From: Lachnospiraceae bacterium
GTDB taxonomy: Bacteria > Bacillota > Clostridia > Lachnospirales > Lachnospiraceae
Reading direction: 5' to 3'
DNA: 61,940 nt
NCBI GenBank assembly: GCA_029067805.1
Contig: JAIEDW010000368.1
Span: 1 to 61,940 of the forward strand
Made by a program: the position numbers and the translations under genes. Each line of letters opens with the position of its first letter. Within the stretch, counting starts at the first letter, position 1. This document shows positions 1 to 9,745 of the stretch, in pieces. The notes below the pieces were generated by a model. The model was not told the origin of the DNA, did no database searches, and saw only the letters and a list, made by a program, of their open reading frames with translations.

Positions 1-339
1 TACCTTTATCGGCAAAAATGCCTCCGTCGCAATTGCCATGAAATTATTCTTTCCCAAAAAGGTAAGGATTACGTCGGGCTTGTAGTTTTTCCAAATGTTT
101 CGAAGCGTCCCAAACCGAATACGGAAATTTTTAATCCTGCTTCCCGTCAGCTGCTCTTTTTCGGGCTCCGAATAGACGCGCCGAACTCCCGTCGGAAGCG
201 CGTATTCGTTTTCTTTTTTGTACTGCGTTACCAGGATTACTTCATACTGTTGTTTCTGAAAATACTCGGCGAGATTTACCATGACCCGCTCCGAGCCTCC
301 CTTTTGCAGGGAATTAATAAATAGTGCGATTCGTTTCAT
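1..339 (-). CDS. GT4 glycosyltransferase, N-terminal part (truncated by window edge; not in ORF track)
   Basis: Manual translation from ATG at 339: MKRIALFINSLQKGGSERVMVNLAEYFQKQQYEVILVT...YKPDVILTFLGKNN. GGxER GT4 motif; open to base 1; resembles the 2276..3385 protein. Confidence 0.85.
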   Translation of the reverse strand, partial: MKRIALFINSLQKGGSERVMVNLAEYFQKQQYEVILVTQYKKENEYALPTGVRRVYSEPEKEQLTGSRIKNFRIRFGTLRNIWKNYKPDVILTFLGKNNFMAIATEAFLPIKV

Positions 340-365
340 TCTGACCCCACCAATCTCTACGCTTC

Positions 366-2249
366 TCACGCTAAATATTCGTCATACCACTGCTGGAAAG
401 CGAAAAATGACCATGCAACCTTCGAATAGTTCGCGCCCGATGCAGGACCCTTATCTCCTGTTCGAAGATATTGACTGATAAACTGATTGACATATTCCGC
501 ATCAAATAGTCCCTGTTTTTTGAGGTAGTCCAAACTGCACATTTCCACAAGCCGCTCTTTTAGCGGTCCTCTCATCCACTTATCAAGGGGCACTCCAAAT
601 CCTACTTTGGGACGGTCTAAGAGCTCCTTTGGAATATAATCATATGCGATATCTTTTAAGATGCGTTTTTTGATGCCGTTTGCATATTTATATTTGTGCG
701 GCAATCTGTAGGAAAATTCCATCACATTCACATCCAATATGGGACATCTCGCCTCAATGGAATATTTCATCGATGCTCTGTCAACTTTACAGAGAATGTC
801 CCCCGGGAGATATGTTTCCTCATCAAGCAGCATTCTGCGCTCCTGCCAGTTTGGTTCTTGATATTTGGATTCAATCGGAAACTTAAACGGCACACTGCCC
901 TCCGGTAACATTTTATCAATCACTTTGATATAGGTTCTTCCGCCAATCTGCGTCTTTGTTTCCTTCTCATGATTTCCCGCCACCACCTGTACCCGAAACG
1001 GAAGTTTCTCGAACAATCCCATTTTCCGAAAGGGTGGCATGTTACAAACACTGTACGTTAATTGACCCAGAAAGTCAAGTTTTTGCGCCTGTGCGACATT
1101 GTCATAGATATTGTATCCGCAGAAGAATTCGTCACCGCCGTCACCGGAAAGCACGACCGTCACCTCTTTTGCGGCAAGTCCGGCAACAAGCATGGAAGGT
1201 ATCTGGGAACTGTCCGCAAACGGCTCATCATAGTACTTCGGAATGCTGTCAACCATTTCATACATGGCGCTTTCATCGATGTATAGTTCTGTGTGATCCG
1301 TACCTAAATGCTTTGCCACCTCTTTTGCGTATTTTGCTTCATTGTAACGCTCCTCGTTGAAGCCGATAGAATAGGTCTTTACTGGTGTACTGCCACTGAT
1401 ATCCTGAGCAAGCGCCGTCACAAGCGAGGAATCGTATCCGCCGCTCAAAAATGCGCCGACGGGCACATCCGCAATCATTCTCTTTTTTACAGAATCCTTT
1501 AGAATTGCTTTGAGTTCTTCCTTCGCCTCCTCATATGTTCCAACGGGCTCGCTCTTTTTTGCGGCATAGACTTTGGCAATATCCCAGTATTTCCACTTTT
1601 TGACGGTACCCAGATGAAATTGAATCACCTCTCCCGGCTGCGCCTTATACACGTTCTCAAAAATCGAATACGGTTCGTTGACGCACTGCTGATAGAGATA
1701 ACGTTTGACAATCGACTTGTTGATCGTTCTTGGAAAATCCGGGCAGTTCATGATCGGCTTTAACTCCGATGCAAAAACAAGATTTTCTCCGTCACGCCAG
1801 TAATACAGCGGCTTTTTTCCGATTCTGTCCCGCACCAGATACAAATCGTCCGTTTTTTTGTCGTAGAGCGCAATCGCAAACATTCCCTGAAAGCGGTCAA
1901 TGCATGATATGCCCCACTTAAGATATGCGGCAAGAATGACCTCCGTGTCGCCGTTTGACACAAAGGGATAGTCTTTCAATTCTTCTTTCAATTCCAAAAA
2001 GTTGTAAATCTCTCCGTTGTAGGCAATCACAAGCCTGTCATCACAGGAGTGCATCGGCTGATGACCGAGCATGGAAAGATCCAGTATCGAAAGACGTCTG
2101 TGCGCCATTCCCACGCAGTAACCGCCTGCTGCGTCAAAGATTTCCTCACCGCTGTCATTCGGTCCCCTGTGGTACATGGTATCGTTCATCGCTTTTAACT
2201 GCTCATTCGTAATTCGTTTTTTCGATATAAAGCCGCATATTCCGCACAT
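366..2249 (-). CDS. asnB: Asparagine synthase (glutamine-hydrolysing)-like amidotransferase, probably amidating a sugar uronic acid (WbpS type)
   Basis: Ntn start MCGICG at 2249 (the ORF-track extension to 2315 is spurious); HRGPND, NGEIYNF, LSGGYDSS, SGDGGDEFFCGY and RPKVGF motifs. Confidence 0.92.
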   Translation of the reverse strand: MCGICGFISKKRITNEQLKAMNDTMYHRGPNDSGEEIFDAAGGYCVGMAHRRLSILDLSMLGHQPMHSCDDRLVIAYNGEIYNFLELKEELKDYPFVSNGDTEVILAAYLKWGISCIDRFQGMFAIALYDKKTDDLYLVRDRIGKKPLYYWRDGENLVFASELKPIMNCPDFPRTINKSIVKRYLYQQCVNEPYSIFENVYKAQPGEVIQFHLGTVKKWKYWDIAKVYAAKKSEPVGTYEEAKEELKAILKDSVKKRMIADVPVGAFLSGGYDSSLVTALAQDISGSTPVKTYSIGFNEERYNEAKYAKEVAKHLGTDHTELYIDESAMYEMVDSIPKYYDEPFADSSQIPSMLVAGLAAKEVTVVLSGDGGDEFFCGYNIYDNVAQAQKLDFLGQLTYSVCNMPPFRKMGLFEKLPFRVQVVAGNHEKETKTQIGGRTYIKVIDKMLPEGSVPFKFPIESKYQEPNWQERRMLLDEETYLPGDILCKVDRASMKYSIEARCPILDVNVMEFSYRLPHKYKYANGIKKRILKDIAYDYIPKELLDRPKVGFGVPLDKWMRGPLKERLVEMCSLDYLKKQGLFDAEYVNQFISQYLRTGDKGPASGANYSKVAWSFFAFQQWYDEYLA

Positions 2250-2275
2250 TTTCCGGGTCTCCCTTCGATTTTCCT

Positions 2276-3385
2276 CTATGCATTGTTGATAATCTGCTCC
2301 GCATAACGTTTCCATTCTTCAAAGATGCGTTCAGAGCTCGCAAGTTCTCCGATTTTTGCCGCCTCTGCGCCAAGCCTTGCCGCAAGTTCCCTGTCCTCTA
2401 TCAATCGGTTGATTGCTTCCGAGAGCGCCTTCTCATCTTTAATCGGAACGAGCAGTCCGTTTTTGCCGTCTTCAATGACCATACGCGGTCCTCCGGGCGG
2501 ACAGTCGGTTGCCACCACGGGAAGTCCGAGCGCCATCGCCTCGAGCATTGCGTTTGGCATTCCCTCATAATCGGAAGAAAACGCCGCCACCGCACCGCCT
2601 ATCAAATCCCGTTCCAGCTGTGCGCTGCTTCCCATCAAAAAGACATAATGCGCCGAATTTGTTTCCTTAATCAACGCTTCAAGCTGCTGCTTTGTCCCGT
2701 CAAACGAATCGGGACCGTACAGTTTCAGCACATAGTCGGGATGTTTTTCATGCACGCTTATAAATGCGCGTATCAGTAGCGCTTGATTTTTAAAATCGAC
2801 AAGCCTGCCTGAGTGAACAACCGCTTTTTCACGGTCTTTCTCATCGGGAATCGGATTCCCGATAAACTTGTCGTTTATTGGATTTAAGATAATCTTGGAC
2901 TTCTTCTGCAAAAATTTCGGAAAGAAATCCCGCTGCTTCGGCGTCTGAAATACACAGCCAGACGCACGTCGCAATATCGTTGGAATCAATATTTTATCCG
3001 GCAAAAAATCATAAAAACCTATGGGATTAATACGCACCGATATCATAACAGGTGTTTTTAAACCTATTGTTGCCATCAGCGCACGATAATTTGCCAGTCT
3101 TGCAAAGGCGATTACAATATCGGGCTTTGTCTTCTTGATCAAATTGCGCAAATTTTGGATCCGGTCGAGATATCTTCCAATTCTGCCGTGCCCTTCCTGT
3201 TTTTGATCAAGTCCCACATGCACGCGTGTGATGCGCGAATCGATTTCGTATTCCTCTTCGCCTTGCCACTCCGTAGCGATCAGGACTTCATAGCCGTTTT
3301 TTACAAACTGTCCAGAAAGCGTTGCCACGACGCGCTCTGCTCCGCCTCTTTCAAGACAGTTTAAATGAAATAGTATCTTTCTCAT
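2276..3385 (-). CDS. GT4 glycosyltransferase (PglH/PglJ-like)
   Basis: GGAERV N-terminus; EGMPNAMLEAMALGLPVVATD (EX7E) motif. Confidence 0.9.
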   Translation of the reverse strand: MRKILFHLNCLERGGAERVVATLSGQFVKNGYEVLIATEWQGEEEYEIDSRITRVHVGLDQKQEGHGRIGRYLDRIQNLRNLIKKTKPDIVIAFARLANYRALMATIGLKTPVMISVRINPIGFYDFLPDKILIPTILRRASGCVFQTPKQRDFFPKFLQKKSKIILNPINDKFIGNPIPDEKDREKAVVHSGRLVDFKNQALLIRAFISVHEKHPDYVLKLYGPDSFDGTKQQLEALIKETNSAHYVFLMGSSAQLERDLIGGAVAAFSSDYEGMPNAMLEAMALGLPVVATDCPPGGPRMVIEDGKNGLLVPIKDEKALSEAINRLIEDRELAARLGAEAAKIGELASSERIFEEWKRYAEQIINNA

Positions 3386-4785
3386 ACGAATCCCCTATTT
3401 TTATTCCCTTTACCGCATTCGATTTGAATGTACTTTATAAGCATCACCCACCATGCCTGATAAAATAAGCCCGTATTATAGAGCATATAGCGCATCTGGC
3501 AGTATATGGTAAGTGAGGTAAAGCAGACATTCACCGCAATTGCCAATAGGACAAGCAGCGCAAAATACACAGGGTTTGCAAAATCCCACGCCGCATTTTT
3601 TCTACCGGCCCCATACAGCAGTACCATACTTGCAAGATAACACAGATACAAGACAAGCGCCGCCCAATTGAGCAGAACATGCACCTTTAACACGGTTGTG
3701 ACCAGCCCATGTATGATATTGCAGACATACAGCTTCGCCAGCTTGGGCAGACATGGTACAAAAAGCGCCCACATCATCGTTCCGGCAATTTGGTTATAAT
3801 CCGCCTCCCGCTCTGCCTCGGGAATACCCCGCGCGTCCTGATTTTCTCTGATAACCGGCATCACGATATCAAACTTAATCCGGTCATAGGCGCCGCTGTA
3901 ATGATCGACAAGCGACTGCCAACCCTTGTCCGCATAGGAAATATGATATTCGTTTTCCTCCGCCCGTTTTCGGATTTCCATAAAAATCTTTCTGTGATTG
4001 TCATCGGTGATGGATTGTGCCATCGCATCATCGGCAAGATACAATTCCGTCCCGAGGATAAAACTCGAATCTCCTGTGTGGGGCGCAAATGCGCCTCTTA
4101 ATATCCAATTATAACCGCACTCCACAAACCTTGTCCCCGCAAAGCATAGTACACAGGAAAGGATTGCACAGATCCACGCCGTTTTCCAGCCTTTATTTCC
4201 AATATAAGAAAATAAAATTGCTATCAGTAAAATAATAATTGTTATTAACATCTGTTTTCGGATACATATAAGCGCCATTGACCAGATGATGGCACCTATT
4301 AGACTTTTCTTGTCCTTTTTATATATGATACCCAACACACACAGAAACCAGAAAATCCACAAAGAATATGCAAGCCCCTCCGTTTCAATGCTGTTAAAAT
4401 AGCTGTATCTTCTCTGTGCCACAAACCGGTTTAACAGAGTAATGCCGTATTGAATCGCAAGGATTCCGATACTTCCTATCCTGTTTAACAAAAATAAGTT
4501 TGTTAGTTCCACCGTAATTACACATGCCGCCACCGCTGCAATTACGCACTGTCCAATCACTGCCCCGTGAATGCCAAGTTCCGCTCCGAAAAGCTTTCTA
4601 AATAGCAAAAGATACAGGCAGTATCCCGGCTCCCTGTCGCTTTGCATATTGATATATGATGGTGCATCCTCCGTTAAAATGACACTGTCCAGCAGATACC
4701 AGAAAAGGTAAAACGCCAGACTTACCGCAAATAACGCGATACACAGCATTGCCTGTTTTTGCTTCTTTTGCATCCTTTCACCCAT
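3382..4785 (-). CDS. Multi-pass membrane protein, probable GT-C-fold glycosyltransferase/polymerase
   Basis: About 10 hydrophobic segments; D..SY...R.PGY motif (EDAPSY...DREPGY) after the first TM, as in GT-C enzymes; start uncertain (4773-4806). Confidence 0.55.
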   Translation of the reverse strand: MGERMQKKQKQAMLCIALFAVSLAFYLFWYLLDSVILTEDAPSYINMQSDREPGYCLYLLLFRKLFGAELGIHGAVIGQCVIAAVAACVITVELTNLFLLNRIGSIGILAIQYGITLLNRFVAQRRYSYFNSIETEGLAYSLWIFWFLCVLGIIYKKDKKSLIGAIIWSMALICIRKQMLITIIILLIAILFSYIGNKGWKTAWICAILSCVLCFAGTRFVECGYNWILRGAFAPHTGDSSFILGTELYLADDAMAQSITDDNHRKIFMEIRKRAEENEYHISYADKGWQSLVDHYSGAYDRIKFDIVMPVIRENQDARGIPEAEREADYNQIAGTMMWALFVPCLPKLAKLYVCNIIHGLVTTVLKVHVLLNWAALVLYLCYLASMVLLYGAGRKNAAWDFANPVYFALLVLLAIAVNVCFTSLTIYCQMRYMLYNTGLFYQAWWVMLIKYIQIECGKGNKNRGFV

Positions 4786-5968
4786 TTTCTTTGATGTCGG
4801 TTTCAATCAATTCTCTGATATGGTCTAAATATTCTTCCATTCCAAACATTTCAGCGCGTTTTTTCGCCGCCTCGCAATAATGACGATATAACGCCTCGTT
4901 CGAAAGCAAGGATTTCAGCGCATCCGCAAAACGCTCCTCCTCTTTTGTGAAATGCGTAGCATCCATATCCTTGTCCCCGCGAAAAATCCCCGTAAGAATA
5001 CCGTAATCCGCATGTATCGTTTGATCTTCATCACTGCACTGCGCATAGTCCGCATGTAAAATCTCGGCGGGACCGGTAAGGCAGTTGACACTAATACAGG
5101 GAAGTCCGACCGCCATCGCTTCAATGAGCGCATTCGGAAATCCCTCGCTTTCGGAAGTCAGCGCATACACGTCCGCCTTTTTCAACAGCGCAAAGGGATT
5201 TTTCTGTACACCTGTAAAGAGCACATCCGCACGCATTCCAAGTTCCTCTGCAAGTGTCTTATATTCGGTATATTCTCCTGCGCCGATAATCATTAGCCTA
5301 AGATTAGGAAGCGATTTTTTTGCCAGAGAAACCGCTTTGATCAGATGCCAGAAGCCCTTGACATCATGCTCTCTTCCCATAGACACAACGATCTTACCGC
5401 TTTTTGCAAAAAAGTTTTCAAACTCCTTTGGTATTTCTTCGTCTGCCAATGCCCTGATCTGCGCAATATCACAGGGATTGTAAACAGCCGCTGATTTTTT
5501 CGGTCGAAACTGTCGCTGTATCTGTTCTTCCATCACCTTAGTACAACTGATTACCCTGTCGGAAAGCCTGCAAATTCGTTTCATCGCGGCTTTGTCCTGT
5601 ACCGCGCCAAAGCCTCTGATGCCTGTCCAAATTACGTCATTTTTCTTTGTTAAAATATTCACAAGATTTGCAGTCGGGCCAAAGCTGTAGCTTAACTGTG
5701 TTCCAAGTTCTTTTTTGAGCTTCCGCACGCGTGTTACCCGCTTAAAAACATTGCAAAGTTTCCCGATTTTTCCCGGAACGGCTCCGAGATTTAAGTCAAT
5801 CAGAGATACCCCCGACACGTCATAAATCATCCCCGCCGTATTAAACACGACCAAGCGGACATCATATTTCTTTTTTAAAAGCTGTGCTGTCGCAGCGCAT
5901 ACCCGCTCCAGTCCGCCCTGATCAAGCAACGGAACAAGGAGCATAATACGTTTTTTTGCCTTCTCCAA
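4778..5968 (-). CDS. GT4 glycosyltransferase
   Basis: GGLERV; SESEGFPNALIEAMAVGLPCIS. Confidence 0.9.
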   Translation of the reverse strand: MEKAKKRIMLLVPLLDQGGLERVCAATAQLLKKKYDVRLVVFNTAGMIYDVSGVSLIDLNLGAVPGKIGKLCNVFKRVTRVRKLKKELGTQLSYSFGPTANLVNILTKKNDVIWTGIRGFGAVQDKAAMKRICRLSDRVISCTKVMEEQIQRQFRPKKSAAVYNPCDIAQIRALADEEIPKEFENFFAKSGKIVVSMGREHDVKGFWHLIKAVSLAKKSLPNLRLMIIGAGEYTEYKTLAEELGMRADVLFTGVQKNPFALLKKADVYALTSESEGFPNALIEAMAVGLPCISVNCLTGPAEILHADYAQCSDEDQTIHADYGILTGIFRGDKDMDATHFTKEEERFADALKSLLSNEALYRHYCEAAKKRAEMFGMEEYLDHIRELIETDIKENG

Positions 5969-5999
5969 ATCAATTCACTCTCTTCCGGCATGAAGTTTT

Positions 6000-6041
6000 A
6001 GAATTTCTTAGTCAGCGTTCTTTGCTGACTTAGGAAATTCT
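6000..6041. other. Intergenic stem-loop overlapping the stop codon at 6030
   Basis: agaatttcttagtcagc (6000-6016) pairs with gctgacttaggaaattct (6024-6041), near-perfect; no U-tract on the coding strand. Confidence 0.6.
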
Positions 6042-6818
6042 CTTCATGCTTTTCATCGCCATAACGGCAAGCTTTCCAAGCGGGGTATTTCCCGCAAAAA
6101 CATTGTAATACGTGGTTTTTTCGCCACCAAACTTCATTTTAAATTCGTCGATTCCGTTGGGGTTTTCAAAATCGGAAATGCCGCCCCAGTCGTAGCGCAG
6201 CAGTCCTTTGTTTTTGAAATATTTCATGTCCTCCCATTGCAGACGCTTATTTGCCCGCCCGATCATCGACTGGTCCGCGGAGTTCTCCCCGCGAAAGCAC
6301 GATGCAGAATGGAGCAAACGCGTGTCCGTTTCATCGTAGAGATATGAATGGAACACCAGCATCTCGCTCTGATGCCACACTGCAGAAAACAGAATGCTGT
6401 CCGTTTCCATATATTTTTTCACTGCCGTCAGGTTAAATTTTGTATCCATTCCTTTGGACTGATACATCTTCTCATAGATTTCCGTAAATGTTTTTAAAAG
6501 CTTTTTGTCCGCTTCAATATCCGCTTTTTGGTAAAAGCAGATCGTAACGTCATCCCGCTCACTTCTGCGACACTCATAGCGCACATTTTTGTTAATCGCC
6601 GCAAGCAGCTCCTCCTCGGACAGCGTTAAGTCGCTCATACAGGTGTGATACTCCTGCCAGCCGCGAAAGCTGCCCTTTTTCTCTTGTTCCGGTACACCGT
6701 GCACAAACAGAATATCCGCTTTTCGTTTCTGTGCTAAAAGCTGTGATATTGTGACCTCTTTCGGATACCATATTTGATTGACTTTTAAAAATTTCTTTTG
6801 ATATGAAGTGTCTATCAT
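6030..6818 (-). CDS. FemAB/FemX-like GNAT-fold acyl/aminoacyl transferase
   Basis: DLTLSEEELLAAINKNVRYECRRSE and ANKRLQWEDM...YDWGG...GIDEFKMKFGG match Fem-family C-terminal motifs. Confidence 0.75.
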   Translation of the reverse strand: MIDTSYQKKFLKVNQIWYPKEVTISQLLAQKRKADILFVHGVPEQEKKGSFRGWQEYHTCMSDLTLSEEELLAAINKNVRYECRRSERDDVTICFYQKADIEADKKLLKTFTEIYEKMYQSKGMDTKFNLTAVKKYMETDSILFSAVWHQSEMLVFHSYLYDETDTRLLHSASCFRGENSADQSMIGRANKRLQWEDMKYFKNKGLLRYDWGGISDFENPNGIDEFKMKFGGEKTTYYNVFAGNTPLGKLAVMAMKSMKRIS

Positions 6819-6841
6819 ATTCCTTTTTGCCTTTCCTTCCG

Positions 6842-7972
6842 TTATTGCGTCACTGTTCCCGGCGGATTGCTGCCGCTTTCGTAAAAGCGCTCCATTTCCG
6901 CCGCCTGCTGCCTTACATCAAAATTGTTTTCTCTGATAACCGCACTCATATCCTCTCTTACAAGCGCCTTTTTGATGTTTCTCATGATTTCACTCGCCCA
7001 ACTGCTCGCGGGCTCTTCAATACTCTTGTATGTCACACGCTCTGTAAGCGCCACCTCTTTTGTCACGTTGTCGGACACAAGGCACATCAGCCCCGCCGCC
7101 TGTGCCTCTACGACACTTCCGGGCAGCCCCTCAAAGATTGAGGGAAACACAAAATAGTCAAATGCCTGATAATACCTTTCCACATCCAACCGATTTCCAA
7201 GGAACAAAACCTTGTCCGCAAGTCCCAAGGATTTTACCTTATTGCGCATTTCCTTCTCAAGCTTGCCTCGTCCTATGAGAACAAGCGCCGCGTCGTCACG
7301 CATTTTGCACAACTGCGCAAAAATTTCAATTAAATATTCATGATTTTTCATGAAACTAAATCTTCCGACATGCCCAATCACAAATTGGTTAGATATCCCT
7401 AATTCTTCGCGCACTTGCTTTCGCACCGTTTCGTCGTACACAAACCGCGCTGCGTCAATCGCATTTGGAATCGTCCACACGTTTCCCTTGTCCACCCATT
7501 CCTTGCCATATACCGCTCTACCAGCCTCGGCAGAACATGTAAAGCAATAGTCCGCTCTGTTTTTTAACTGCAAACGGAGCATTTTTGTCGCAAATCCCTT
7601 AATGCCCCTGTCAACGCCAGCACTTCTCGCATGTGCGATGGTCACCGGTATTCCCGCTTTTTTTGCAATCGGCAGATAAATCGACGCCGTACTTGTCATA
7701 TGCCCATGTACTGCGGCATAATCATTGTGTGCATCAAAAAAATCCTTGAGCGCTTTTTTGTATGCGGCAAGATTCGCGATTCGAAACCGCGGAACATTGT
7801 AGATTCTGCCGCCCAACTGCTTTATTTCCGCGTCATACTGCCCCTCTTTTTCCGTATGCACAAGAAAGTCAAATTGAACCTTATCTTTATTTATCGCACG
7901 ATAAAGTTCCATGATACGGCTCTCGGCGCCTCCGAGATTCGTCGTGCCCAGCACATGCAATACCCTAATCAT
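6842..7972 (-). CDS. GT4 glycosyltransferase (EpsF-like)
   Basis: MIRVLHV...GGAES; GHVGRF..MKNH; PSIFEGLPGSVVEAQAAGL. Confidence 0.9.
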   Translation of the reverse strand: MIRVLHVLGTTNLGGAESRIMELYRAINKDKVQFDFLVHTEKEGQYDAEIKQLGGRIYNVPRFRIANLAAYKKALKDFFDAHNDYAAVHGHMTSTASIYLPIAKKAGIPVTIAHARSAGVDRGIKGFATKMLRLQLKNRADYCFTCSAEAGRAVYGKEWVDKGNVWTIPNAIDAARFVYDETVRKQVREELGISNQFVIGHVGRFSFMKNHEYLIEIFAQLCKMRDDAALVLIGRGKLEKEMRNKVKSLGLADKVLFLGNRLDVERYYQAFDYFVFPSIFEGLPGSVVEAQAAGLMCLVSDNVTKEVALTERVTYKSIEEPASSWASEIMRNIKKALVREDMSAVIRENNFDVRQQAAEMERFYESGSNPPGTVTQ

Positions 7973-8002
7973 ACTTTCGTATCCTCTTAACCTTCCAAAG
8001 CG

Positions 8003-8755
8003 TTATGATCTCATTTTTACCAATGTCGACTTTGCAGCCGCCATCAAATACTCTTTCAGCTTTCCAAACGCACCGCGTATCTGCGGCTCGATTGTCAAAA
8101 ACTCTGCATAAGAAATAAACCTGCCTTTATAGTCCGCAAACATTTGTTCATATCGTTTAAAATCCGCATCCTTCATTGTGTTGGTGTGCACAACAAAGGT
8201 TGTATAACCACTCTTTGCCCGAAGCGCACTGCTTTGACTATACGAAATCGGATAAAATACCATGTTGTTCCTGATATACGGCAGTTTCCCAAAACCGTCC
8301 GTAATACGCCAAAATTTCAGATTCTCAAGCGCCTTAAGGGTATACTTGTCATAGGAATGACCAGGCGCCATAAAAATATCGGTTTCGATTCCATGCTCCT
8401 TTAATATATTCTGCCCCAATCTGAGCGCCTCATACTGCTCACTGTACTCCACGCCCGCAAATTCCGAAAAATGATTGAGCGGAAAAATGCCCGCTTCATT
8501 TGTCGTATAGACATGCACATAACCATGCTGCGCAATCATCCAGCCGTCCTTTTGCAAAGCCTTCACATACTCCCAGAAATCTTCCCTCGGCGCATCAATA
8601 CTTATGTTTTTATCCTCGTTTTTGGGCACGACCCCTATAAGCGGCTTAACCTGATACAGATCACAAAGTTCCTTAAACCGAAGGAACTTCGCCCAATCCA
8701 TATCAGGCGTAATATCATCCATTCTTATACAGATTTTCATTCCGGTATTTTTCAT
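8003..8755 (-). CDS. DUF2334/CE4-like polysaccharide deacetylase
   Basis: IRMDDITP, QHGYVH metal-binding motif, FMAPGH. Confidence 0.8.
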   Translation of the reverse strand: MKNTGMKICIRMDDITPDMDWAKFLRFKELCDLYQVKPLIGVVPKNEDKNISIDAPREDFWEYVKALQKDGWMIAQHGYVHVYTTNEAGIFPLNHFSEFAGVEYSEQYEALRLGQNILKEHGIETDIFMAPGHSYDKYTLKALENLKFWRITDGFGKLPYIRNNMVFYPISYSQSSALRAKSGYTTFVVHTNTMKDADFKRYEQMFADYKGRFISYAEFLTIEPQIRGAFGKLKEYLMAAAKSTLVKMRS

Positions 8756-8768
8756 AAGCCGTTACCTA

Positions 8769-9743
8769 TTATAAATTTGCCTTATACCAATCGATGGCAA
8801 GTGCAATCCCCTTTTCAAAGTCAAACTCGGGATCATAGCCCAAAAGCTCTTTTGCCTTAGAAATATCAGCGTTTGAATGCTTGATATCGCCGGCGCGATC
8901 CGGTCCGAAATGCGGCTCGACATCTTTTCCAAGTGCCTTGCAAAGGTCATAGTAAATATCAATCAGATATTCCCGTCCGCCGTAAGCAATGTTAAATGCC
9001 TGTCCCGCCGCGTCGCTCGGAGCAAGGCATGCTTTGAGATTTGCCTCAATGACATTATCAATGTAAGTAAAGTCCCTCGACTGCTTTCCGTCACCGTTGA
9101 TTGTCGGTACTTCTCCGTCCAAAAGCTGCTTAATAAATTTCGGGATTACAGCCGCATACGCGCCGTTTGGATCCTGTCTGCGTCCGAACACGTTAAAGTA
9201 ACGCATTCCGTAAGTATCAAGACCGTAAAGCTTTTTGTAGAGCTTTCCATACTCCTCATTCGCACGCTTTGTCAGCGCATACGGCGATAGGAGATTACCC
9301 TCCTGTCCCTCTTTTTTCGGCAGTACAGGGTGATCCCCGTAAACGGACGAGCTCGACGCATAGACAAATTTTTTGACGCCGTTTTGCCTTGCCGCCTCCA
9401 TCATGTTGAGCGTTCCCATAATATTATTCTGCTCATAAAACAGCGGCATCTCGATACTGCGCGGCACGGAACCCCATGCCGCCTGGTTCAGCACATAGTC
9501 AACACCCTCACACGCTTTCATACAGGTATCCAAATCTTTGATATCCCCCTTGATAAACGTATAATTTGACCGGTCGGCAAACATCTTAACGTTCTCTTCC
9601 TTTCCTGTGGAAAGGTCATCAAGGCATCGTACCTGATAGCCCATATCGCTGATCGCCTCACAGAGATTCGAGCCGATAAAGCCCGCTCCCCCCGTCACCA
9701 AAAAGACGCTGTCTTTGTCAAATTTTAAATCTTTATATCCCAT
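8769..9743 (-). CDS. UDP-GlcNAc(A) 4-epimerase (TviC/WbpP family)
   Basis: GGAGFIGSNL, QAAWGSVPRSI, YASSSSVYG, SPYALTK, RYFNVFGRRQDPNGAYAAVIP; ATG 9743 behind GGAGG. Confidence 0.9.
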   Translation of the reverse strand: MGYKDLKFDKDSVFLVTGGAGFIGSNLCEAISDMGYQVRCLDDLSTGKEENVKMFADRSNYTFIKGDIKDLDTCMKACEGVDYVLNQAAWGSVPRSIEMPLFYEQNNIMGTLNMMEAARQNGVKKFVYASSSSVYGDHPVLPKKEGQEGNLLSPYALTKRANEEYGKLYKKLYGLDTYGMRYFNVFGRRQDPNGAYAAVIPKFIKQLLDGEVPTINGDGKQSRDFTYIDNVIEANLKACLAPSDAAGQAFNIAYGGREYLIDIYYDLCKALGKDVEPHFGPDRAGDIKHSNADISKAKELLGYDPEFDFEKGIALAIDWYKANL

Positions 9744-9745
9744 TT

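Noticed and set aside
2250-2315. 22-aa N-terminal extension of AsnB
   Set aside because: Ntn amidotransferases need Cys at position 2, so the start is MCG at 2249.
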